Source of the DNA: Candidatus Parcubacteria bacterium
Lineage (GTDB): Bacteria; Patescibacteriota; Minisyncoccia; Phycocordibacterales; UBA5272
Reading direction: 5' to 3'
NCBI GenBank assembly: GCA_039799445.1
Contig: JBDLSO010000001.1
Coordinates: 1 to 26,342, forward strand
DNA: 26,342 nucleotides
Shown here: positions 18,210-25,696 of the stretch, piece after piece
How positions within the stretch are numbered: position 1 is the stretch's first letter
Layout of the letters: every line of letters begins with the position of its first letter
Position numbers and translations under genes: made by a program
The notes under the pieces: model-generated
Database searches by the model: none
The model's input: the letters and a program-made list of their open reading frames with translations, nothing else
Told to the model about the DNA's origin: nothing

Positions 18210-19262
18210 ATGTTTATATTTGAAGCTATCAAAATTTTTGTTCCAACTATTGTATCGTTTGGCTTCGGTATGCTTATCGCTCCGTATGTTGTACGTTTTC
18301 TGAGAGCAAAAAAGCTATGGAAAAAAGTCAATGTCAAACTAGCACTTGGTGGTGGGGAAGCGACTATATCAAGCAAACTGCACAATGACGAGGAAAAGAA
18401 AATACCGCGTATGGGAGGCACGGTCGTATGGCTGAGCGTGCTCTTTACCAGCCTTGTCTTTTGGCTTTTATCGAATTTTCTAGGTGGTATTCCTGAGCTT
18501 GATTTCATCAGTCGTAGTCAAACATGGTTACCACTTTTTACTATGCTTGTTGGTGCACTCATTGGACTTGTTGACGATTTTGCTGTGACTGGTACCTTTG
18601 GTTCATATGTTGGTGGTGGATTATCATTGAAACTTCGTATTCTACTTGTTTCTCTAATGTCGCTCATTCTTGGGTATTGGTTTTATTTCAAACTTGGAAT
18701 GAGTGTTATTGATATACCTTTTTATGGCGGACTGTACATTGGAATACTGATCATACCTTTTATGATACTGACTATGGTAGCAATATTTTCGGGCGGTATT
18801 ATCGATGGTATAGATGGGCTCTCTGGAAGTATTATGAGTTCTATGTTTGCAGCTTACGGTATGATAGCGGTATTCAATGCTCAAATAGACATAGCGGCAT
18901 TTTGTTTCGTGGTTGTTGGAGCGATACTCGCTTTTCTTTGGTACAATATTCCACCTGCTCAGTTTTATATGTCCGAAACAGGGATGCTTGCTCTCACGAC
19001 TTCACTGACTGTCGTTGCTTTTCTTACAGACGCAGTGATGCTTTTGCCTATTATTGCTTTTCCGCTTTTCACGGCTAGTGGTTCATCTATACTGCAAATC
19101 GCATCAAAAAAACTGCGTAAAGGTAAAAAGATATTTACAGTAGCCCCTGTACATAATCATTTCCAAGCAAATGGTATGGCAGGCTATACTGTCACAATGC
19201 GATACTGGATAGTTTCATTTATGTGTGCTTTAACTGGGGTGATACTTCACATCATTGGATAA
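18210..19262 (+). CDS. mraY: Phospho-N-acetylmuramoyl-pentapeptide transferase (MraY family, divergent)
   Basis: Polytopic membrane protein with P.MGG, GLVDD, DGIDGL, N.PPA.FYM, AP.H.H, directly upstream of ftsW-murG. Confidence 0.88.
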   Translation: MFIFEAIKIFVPTIVSFGFGMLIAPYVVRFLRAKKLWKKVNVKLALGGGEATISSKLHNDEEKKIPRMGGTVVWLSVLFTSLVFWLLSNFLGGIPELDFISRSQTWLPLFTMLVGALIGLVDDFAVTGTFGSYVGGGLSLKLRILLVSLMSLILGYWFYFKLGMSVIDIPFYGGLYIGILIIPFMILTMVAIFSGGIIDGIDGLSGSIMSSMFAAYGMIAVFNAQIDIAAFCFVVVGAILAFLWYNIPPAQFYMSETGMLALTTSLTVVAFLTDAVMLLPIIAFPLFTASGSSILQIASKKLRKGKKIFTVAPVHNHFQANGMAGYTVTMRYWIVSFMCALTGVILHIIG

Positions 19263-19268
19263 CAATAC

Positions 19269-20375
19269 ATGGTAAAAAAAATACAAAAAATAGATCGTGT
19301 ATTTCTCGGAATAATAGCAAGTATTCTCATTTTTGGGTTACTTATGTTTGGTTCTGCTGCGCTTGGTGTACTTGCCAAAAATGAGACAAAGTTTTACAGC
19401 ATATTATTGAATCAATTTGTATATGCATTACTTGGAGGACTGCTAGCACTTGGTATCGGTCTTTTTGTACATTATACACATTTCAAAAAGTACTCATTTC
19501 ATTTCTATATAATAACCTTATTATTAACAGCACTTGTTTTTGTACCAGGTATCGGCTTTGCTCATGGTGGTGCAAGCCGTTGGATACATATATTTAATTT
19601 TAGTTTACAGCCTTCTGAATTCTTGAAAATAGGAACTGTTCTATTCTTTGCAAATTGGCTTGCAACAAACAAAAAAAGACTTGGTGATGTAGCCTTTGGA
19701 CTAGTACCATTTTGTATCATCGCTGGAGTGCCATTTATACTACTACTGCTACAACCAGATACAGGGACTGGTGCAATTATTTTCTTATCGGCATTTGCGA
19801 TGTATATTGTAGCTGGTGCAAAGTGGCGTGACGTTGGTATTGTATTTATCGCAGGAATACTTGGGCTTATTATACTTGCAACAATGCGACCCTATGTAAT
19901 GGATCGTATCAAGACATTCATAGATCCAAGTCATGACTCTACTGGTTCATCGTATCAATTGCAACAATCACTCATAGCGATTGGTAGTGGTGGTACATTT
20001 GGACGTGGATATGGTCAAAGTATACAAAAATTCAATTTTCTACCAGAGCCAATAGGCGACTCAATATTTGCAGTTGTTGGTGAAGAGCTTGGTATTATTG
20101 GAGGAAGTATTATATTGCTTTTATTTACAGCGCTGGCTATAAGAGGAATGAAGTTAGCGCGTATGGTAAAAGACTCTTTTGGTTCTTATTTAATTGTTGG
20201 TGTGACTTCTATATATTTGATTCAAGCATTTATGAACATTGCTTCTATGCTTGGTATATTTCCACTCACTGGTGTACCTCTTCCATTTATCTCTCATGGA
20301 GGTACAGCTCTTTTGACTGCACTCTTTGGTGTTGGTATAATACTAAACATATCGAAGTATCGTTCGAATATCTAA
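19269..20375 (+). CDS. ftsW: SEDS-family peptidoglycan polymerase FtsW/RodA
   Basis: GASRWI, QPSEFLK, QPDTG, YQLQQSLIAIGSGG..G.G.G.S.QK, LPEPIGDSIFAVVGEELG (catalytic Asp region intact), G.PLPFISHGG. Confidence 0.93.
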   Translation: MVKKIQKIDRVFLGIIASILIFGLLMFGSAALGVLAKNETKFYSILLNQFVYALLGGLLALGIGLFVHYTHFKKYSFHFYIITLLLTALVFVPGIGFAHGGASRWIHIFNFSLQPSEFLKIGTVLFFANWLATNKKRLGDVAFGLVPFCIIAGVPFILLLLQPDTGTGAIIFLSAFAMYIVAGAKWRDVGIVFIAGILGLIILATMRPYVMDRIKTFIDPSHDSTGSSYQLQQSLIAIGSGGTFGRGYGQSIQKFNFLPEPIGDSIFAVVGEELGIIGGSIILLLFTALAIRGMKLARMVKDSFGSYLIVGVTSIYLIQAFMNIASMLGIFPLTGVPLPFISHGGTALLTALFGVGIILNISKYRSNI

Positions 20376-20379
20376 CATT

Positions 20380-21507
20380 ATGAAAATTGCATTTACTGGA
20401 GATAGTACAAGTGGGCAATTTTATCCTATTATTGCCATTGCTGAGCGCGTACATGAACGTGCAGAAGCAAGGCATCTTGTAGCTCCCAAACTATACTTTA
20501 TAGCACCAAATGAATACAGTGCCGTACATCTTTTCAATAATCAAATCACTTTTGTAAAAACAACTGGATCAGAGAAAAGTCCGCACGGTGAAGCTGTTTC
20601 TTTTATTCAATACGTAAAATCATTTGTCAGTATCATACGAGCAACAACTCAACTCTTTTTCATATTTCCTGATGTATTACTTTCCAAAGGTGGTACTACT
20701 TCTTTTCCAATACTAGTCGCTGCACGAATACTTGGTATACCTGTGATGATACACGAGACTGACACCATACCAAGTGGTTCAAATCTCTGGGCAGCCAAAT
20801 TTGCAAAACGCATTGGTGTAGCATACAAAACCGCAGCAGCACTTTTCCCAGCCGAGAAAACAGCATATGTGGGGCAACCAATACGAAAAGAAATAGAGTA
20901 CCCACTCACCGAAGGTGCTCGTGAATATTTACACCTTGAAGCAAATGTGCCTGTGATACTTGTACTTGGTGGCACAGGTGAGGGAAATGTGATAAATGAT
21001 ACTATCGTCAACTCACTACCATTCTTACTTGATTCGTATCAAATAATTCACCAAACAGGCAAAGATCAGATACAAACAATGCGTGAGATTTCAAAGGTAA
21101 TATTGAAAGACAATCCTCATGCAAGTAGATATCATCCATTTAGTTATTTGGACGATTTGGCGGTGCGTATGGCGGCTGGCTCTGCTTCGATAGCAATATC
21201 CCAAGCTGGTTCTGTCATGTTTGAATTAGCTAGCTGGCAAGTACCTGCGATAGTGATACCTGTAACTCATTCAAAAGATGATCATCAGAAAAAAAATGCA
21301 TTTGCCTATGCACGCATTGGTGGTGCAGAAGTGATTGAAGAAGCGAATCTGACTCCACACTTGCTAGTGAACGAAATCAATCGTCTGATGCAAAATCCAC
21401 AAATTCGAAACGAAATGAAAGAAGGCGCGAGGGAGTTCCACAAAACAGATGCAGCTAGCAAAATAGCAGATGGATTACTCGATATTGCACTTACTCATGA
21501 GCAATAG
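20380..21507 (+). CDS. murG: MurG-like GT-B glycosyltransferase with degenerate signature motifs
   Basis: MurG position and layout (FYPIIA, KGG..S.P, IP..IHE, G.PIR, HQTG, E.A....P...IP, HQ..NA), but the G-loops and the conserved His are altered (see findings). Confidence 0.85.
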   Translation: MKIAFTGDSTSGQFYPIIAIAERVHERAEARHLVAPKLYFIAPNEYSAVHLFNNQITFVKTTGSEKSPHGEAVSFIQYVKSFVSIIRATTQLFFIFPDVLLSKGGTTSFPILVAARILGIPVMIHETDTIPSGSNLWAAKFAKRIGVAYKTAAALFPAEKTAYVGQPIRKEIEYPLTEGAREYLHLEANVPVILVLGGTGEGNVINDTIVNSLPFLLDSYQIIHQTGKDQIQTMREISKVILKDNPHASRYHPFSYLDDLAVRMAAGSASIAISQAGSVMFELASWQVPAIVIPVTHSKDDHQKKNAFAYARIGGAEVIEEANLTPHLLVNEINRLMQNPQIRNEMKEGAREFHKTDAASKIADGLLDIALTHEQ

Positions 21508-21550
21508 TCACTTATATTTTGAATAAAGTATATGAGCATATTGTCATATA

Positions 21551-21559
21551 TGCTATACT
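21551..21559 (+). promoter_or_regulatory. Extended -10 promoter for gltX (probably leaderless)
   Basis: TGCTATACT-ggatat-ATG(21566). Confidence 0.7.
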
Positions 21560-21565
21560 GGATAT

Positions 21566-23074
21566 ATGTTAAATACAAAAGTAGTCACCAGATTTGCACC
21601 AAGTCCAACAGGGTTAATGCATGTTGGTGGTGTTCGTACTGCACTCTATGCATATCTATATGCAAAGAAAATGAATGGCACTTTTATACTTCGTATCGAA
21701 GATACTGACAAAGAGCGAGAGATGGAGGGGAGTATAGATCATATAATGCAGTCACTACGCTATATACTTGCGGCTGACGAGACACTAGTCTCTACTGACC
21801 CGTGGGACTTTGGACCAAATAAGACTGGACCTTTTGGATCATGTGTGCAGTCTGAGAGACTCGATATATATGTAGAGTATGCACAAAGATTATTTGATGC
21901 AGGTTTTGCATATACAGACCCATATACAAAAGAAGAGATTGAAATATTTAGAACAGATGCTGAACTCGCAAAGAAACCTTTTTTGTTTAGAAATCACCGC
22001 CCAACAGAATTCAGTGCTACATGGGACAAAAACAAGCCACTTCGTTTCAAAGTAGCGCATATAGAAAGAACAGAGTGGGTAGATGAAGTACGCGGCACTC
22101 TCTCTGCTGGACCAGAAGCACTCGACGACTTTATACTAATCAAAAGCGACGGCTACCCAACATATAATTTGTGCCACATTATCGACGATATAGAGATGGG
22201 GGTGACACATGTAATGCGTGGCGAAGAATTCATCGCATCAACTCCAAAATTCATAGCTGTATACAAAGCATTGCAAGAAATATTTCCAGAGAAAAATATA
22301 CAGATTCCAGTATTTGTCACACTTCCTCCTATACTTGGAGCAACTGGTACAAAAAAGCTATCGAAACGAGACGGTGCCAAAGACGTACTTGAATATCATA
22401 CTGAAGGCTATTTACCAGCAGCACTTGCCAACTATCTTGCGTTACAAGGCTGGAATCCAGGTGGAGAACAAGAGATATTTACTATGAGTGAGCTCATTGA
22501 ATTATTCGATATATCTCGGATACAAAAGTCAGGAGCAAGGTGGAATGAAGACAAGCTGTTGTGGGTAAACAAAGAACATATCAAACTACTCACCTCAGAA
22601 GAGCAATCAATTAAAATTATAGAAAAACTACCAGAATCAATACTCACTCACACTGAATTTGATCTGAGATTCAAAAAAGTATTACCACTCATTATAGAGC
22701 GTATATCGGTTTTTGAAGATGTATCAACTCTTATAGAGCAGGGTGATATTGAGTACTATTTTAATGCACCGAAACTTTTAGACAAAAATCTCTTTCATTG
22801 GAAGGGCATTGTAGACCCTACAGCAACAGTCCTTCGACTTCAAAAAACAAAAGAAGTTGTAGAGAGCGCCAAGTCGTCTGATTTTGATTCACCTGAATCA
22901 ACAAAGACTCTACTACACGATATTACCGAGCAGGAGGGTCGGGGAGAGATTTTGTGGCCACTTCGCACAGCGCTTTCAGCCAAAGAAAAATCAACCGATC
23001 CATTTACAATTATGTATATTATTGGCAAAGAAGAAGTAATACAGCGAATACAAAACGCAATCAACACTATATAG
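21566..23074 (+). CDS. gltX: Glutamate--tRNA ligase (probably non-discriminating)
   Basis: RFAPSPTG, HIGH-like HVGG, LRIEDTD, KSDGYPTY, HVMRGEE, KMSKS-like KLSKR, LWPLR.ALS. Confidence 0.97.
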   Translation: MLNTKVVTRFAPSPTGLMHVGGVRTALYAYLYAKKMNGTFILRIEDTDKEREMEGSIDHIMQSLRYILAADETLVSTDPWDFGPNKTGPFGSCVQSERLDIYVEYAQRLFDAGFAYTDPYTKEEIEIFRTDAELAKKPFLFRNHRPTEFSATWDKNKPLRFKVAHIERTEWVDEVRGTLSAGPEALDDFILIKSDGYPTYNLCHIIDDIEMGVTHVMRGEEFIASTPKFIAVYKALQEIFPEKNIQIPVFVTLPPILGATGTKKLSKRDGAKDVLEYHTEGYLPAALANYLALQGWNPGGEQEIFTMSELIELFDISRIQKSGARWNEDKLLWVNKEHIKLLTSEEQSIKIIEKLPESILTHTEFDLRFKKVLPLIIERISVFEDVSTLIEQGDIEYYFNAPKLLDKNLFHWKGIVDPTATVLRLQKTKEVVESAKSSDFDSPESTKTLLHDITEQEGRGEILWPLRTALSAKEKSTDPFTIMYIIGKEEVIQRIQNAINTI

Positions 23075-23075
23075 T

Positions 23076-24371
23076 ATGCGATCTCAACCGAAAAAAAACT
23101 ATGCTCAATTCATAGCACTACTCTCTGTATATAGTGTATTTTCTCTGACTGTTGCTCACGCTGGTATAGTAGAAGACCTCAAAGAAAAAATTAACAATGC
23201 AGGTGATCAGGTAAAAAACATCGAAAAAGAAATTGCCGCATACAACGAGCAACTCAAAAAAACACAAGCAGAGAAAAATACACTCAACAGCGCAATCAAG
23301 ACGCTTGATATCAACAAACAAATTGTTACCAAAGATATTACACTTACTAAAACAAAAATAGTGGGTGCAAATGAAACAATCGAAGAGATAAACACTGGTA
23401 TACAGAAACTCGAAGCAAATATCAGTACAAGTAAATTATATTTAAGAAAATCATTACAAAATCTAGCACTCGACGACAGCCTTGCAAACTCTGGGTTGAT
23501 AGCAACTATGCTTGGTTCAGATTCTATATCAGAAGCTGTAGACAGAGCGTCGACACTAGCAAATTTTCAACGTAGCATGCTCACTCATATAAATGATATA
23601 CGTGACAACAAGCAAGATCTTCTGAGTGTACAACAAGTCAAGACAGAACAACGCAATGAACTACTCAATCTCAACCAAGAGCTCATCGCCAAACAACGTA
23701 TACTTGCAGATGCTGCAGCACAAAAAGCAAGCTTATTGAAAACAACAAAAAACAAAGAAGCCAATTATCAAGCTGAACTCAAAAAAAGACAAGAAACCAA
23801 AAAGAAGCTTGAGCAAGAAATGCTTGCGTTTGAAAACGAACTCAAAGTAGCAATTGATCCAAATACACTTCCAAAAACAGGAAAAGGTGTACTCGGATAC
23901 CCTGTTTCAAAAGTAACAATCACACAATATTTTGGCAACACTGCCTTTGCTAGTAAAAATGCACAAGTATATAACGGTGGTGGTCACAATGGTGTAGACT
24001 TTGGTGTGTCTACTGGCAACCGTATACTCTCAGCTGCAAGTGGTGTAGTACAAGGTACTGGTGACACTGATACTGCGTGCAGGGGTGCTTCATATGGCAA
24101 ATGGGTGCTAATACGCCACAACAACGGTTTATCGACCCTATATGCCCATTTATCGGCTATTTCAGTCTCTTCTGGGCAAGCTGTAGAGCGTGGTGGGGTG
24201 ATTGGGCTTTCAGGAAATACTGGGTACTCGACAGGGCCACATTTGCATTTTACTGTTTTTGCAAGTAAAGCGGTGTCAATAGTCAACAGACAATCAAAAG
24301 CATGTGGCACAATGATGACACTTCCGGTGAGTCCAACCAACGGGTATCTCAATCCACTTTCTTACTTCTAA
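23076..24371 (+). CDS. Exported coiled-coil protein with a C-terminal M23 (LytM) metallopeptidase domain
   Basis: Signal peptide ending in AHA, long coiled coil, ITQYFG, intact Zn ligands HNGVD and GPHLHF, YGKWVLIRH.NG..TLYAHL, NPL. Confidence 0.9.
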   Translation: MRSQPKKNYAQFIALLSVYSVFSLTVAHAGIVEDLKEKINNAGDQVKNIEKEIAAYNEQLKKTQAEKNTLNSAIKTLDINKQIVTKDITLTKTKIVGANETIEEINTGIQKLEANISTSKLYLRKSLQNLALDDSLANSGLIATMLGSDSISEAVDRASTLANFQRSMLTHINDIRDNKQDLLSVQQVKTEQRNELLNLNQELIAKQRILADAAAQKASLLKTTKNKEANYQAELKKRQETKKKLEQEMLAFENELKVAIDPNTLPKTGKGVLGYPVSKVTITQYFGNTAFASKNAQVYNGGGHNGVDFGVSTGNRILSAASGVVQGTGDTDTACRGASYGKWVLIRHNNGLSTLYAHLSAISVSSGQAVERGGVIGLSGNTGYSTGPHLHFTVFASKAVSIVNRQSKACGTMMTLPVSPTNGYLNPLSYF

Positions 24372-24388
24372 AATATACATTGCAAATG

Positions 24389-24397
24389 TGCTATACT
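24389..24397 (+). promoter_or_regulatory. Extended -10 promoter for the LOG gene
   Basis: TGCTATACT-gcactgtat-ATG(24407), 9-nt gap. Confidence 0.62.
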
Positions 24398-24406
24398 GCA
24401 CTGTAT

Positions 24407-25132
24407 ATGGATAATACAATAAAAAACATGACTTTGCCTCATTCGCTTGATGATATCAAAAACTCTTGTGCTGCAGTATACGGCGGAGATGGGGAACTAA
24501 TAGAGATTTGTAGTATTGCCAAAGAACTAGAACAAGGCATTGATGCAGTAAGCGCTCATCCACGTGTCGCGACTATATACGGCTCCGCAAGACTGGGGGC
24601 TGATCATCCAGCCTGCGTTGCTGTCGAAGAACTTGCGTATAGACTAGTCAATGAAGCTGGCTACGCTATTATGACTGGTGGTGCCGGAGGTATTATGGCA
24701 GCAGGCAATCATGGTGCTAATCGTGCAGGAGGTGTTTCTCTTGGTTCAACCATTAGACTCAATCATGAACAACACACCAACCCAGATGTGACCCAAGCTA
24801 TACCTTTTGAATATTTCTTTACTAGAAAAACTGTACTTCGTTATGGTAGTGAATGTGCGATATTTTGTACAGGTGGTTTTGGTACATTCGATGAACTATT
24901 TGAATTACTGACACTACTTCAAACCAACAAGATCAAAAAGATACCAGTGATACTCTTTGGTACCGAGTTTTGGAAACCACTCGACGACTACATACGAGCA
25001 ACACTGCTCGCAGAATTTGCAACTATTGAAAGTAGCGATACCGAGCTCTATGTTATTACTGACAACATAGATCTTGTTGTCGAAGTAGCTAAGGCAGCCC
25101 CAACCAAAGAATCAGGTATGATCAATGAGTAA
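24407..25132 (+). CDS. LOG-family (TIGR00730-like) nucleotide phosphoribohydrolase
   Basis: TIYGSAR, TGG..GIM.AGN.GA, YFFTRK, GGFGTFDELFE (canonical PGGxGTxxE, here P>T), IPVILFG.EFW. Start moved from 24302, which overlaps the M23 gene, to 24407. Confidence 0.88.
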   Translation: MDNTIKNMTLPHSLDDIKNSCAAVYGGDGELIEICSIAKELEQGIDAVSAHPRVATIYGSARLGADHPACVAVEELAYRLVNEAGYAIMTGGAGGIMAAGNHGANRAGGVSLGSTIRLNHEQHTNPDVTQAIPFEYFFTRKTVLRYGSECAIFCTGGFGTFDELFELLTLLQTNKIKKIPVILFGTEFWKPLDDYIRATLLAEFATIESSDTELYVITDNIDLVVEVAKAAPTKESGMINE

Positions 25133-25190
25133 TGTGCGTATATCTTGGCTCATCTTATATATTCTCCATTTTTTGAAATAAATCAACCTG

Positions 25191-25199
25191 TGTTATTCT
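25191..25199 (+). promoter_or_regulatory. Extended -10-like promoter for the EVE gene (probably leaderless)
   Basis: TGTTATTCT-agatac-ATG(25206). Confidence 0.55.
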
Positions 25200-25205
25200 A
25201 GATAC

Positions 25206-25679
25206 ATGAACTATTGGCTACTGAAATCCGAAGCTTCGTGCTACTCGATAGACGATATGCACAAAGACACAAATACATGGTGGAGTGGAGTACGCAACTA
25301 TCAGGCGCGTAATTATATGAAGCAAATGTCAGTTGGTGACTTGTGTCTTTTTTATCATTCAAACGGCACGCAATCAGCCCCTACGGGAGTATATGGCGTA
25401 GTACAAGTCAGCAAAGCCGCGCAGGCAGATACCACTGCCCAAAATCCAAATGACGAACACTTTGATCCAAAAAGCACAGTCCAAAATCCCATTTGGGAAT
25501 GTGTAGAGGTGTCTTACCTGACTCACTTGAAGCAGCCTGTATTTCTTGCCGATATCAAACTTGACCCACGACTCACTGGCATCATAGTCGCCTCCAAAGG
25601 AAGTAGACTTTCGGTGCAGCCTGTCTCCCGAACACATTTTGAATATATTGTAGGGGAGTTGGGGGAAACGATACTCTAA
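25206..25679 (+). CDS. EVE-domain protein (PUA-like; THYN1-type)
   Basis: YWLLKSE, W.GVRNYQARNYM..M..GD..LFYHS, D.....P...HFDPKS....P.W, L...GSRLSVQPV. Confidence 0.93.
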   Translation: MNYWLLKSEASCYSIDDMHKDTNTWWSGVRNYQARNYMKQMSVGDLCLFYHSNGTQSAPTGVYGVVQVSKAAQADTTAQNPNDEHFDPKSTVQNPIWECVEVSYLTHLKQPVFLADIKLDPRLTGIIVASKGSRLSVQPVSRTHFEYIVGELGETIL

Positions 25680-25680
25680 A

Positions 25681-25689
25681 TGCTATACT
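25681..25689 (+). promoter_or_regulatory. Extended -10 promoter for the MmeI-like gene
   Basis: TGCTATACT-gattagt-ATG(25697), starting 2 nt after the EVE stop codon. Confidence 0.68.
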
Positions 25690-25696
25690 GATTAGT

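Noticed and set aside
21529-21554. Two overlapping 7-bp inverted repeats upstream of gltX (TATATGA/TCATATA and AGCATAT/ATATGCT)
   Set aside because: Short, AT-rich, and no matching site noticed elsewhere.
23076-24371. EnvC-like inactive M23 activator
   Set aside because: Zn ligands HxxxD and HxH are intact, so it looks catalytically active.
24302-24406. 35-aa extension of the LOG protein in the ORF track
   Set aside because: Overlaps the M23 gene end and the promoter box.
9452-25205. tRNA, rRNA, riboswitch or IS elements in intergenic gaps
   Set aside because: Gaps are short, with no cloverleaf, T-loop motif, terminal inverted repeats or transposase seen by eye; tRNAscan-SE and Infernal would settle it.
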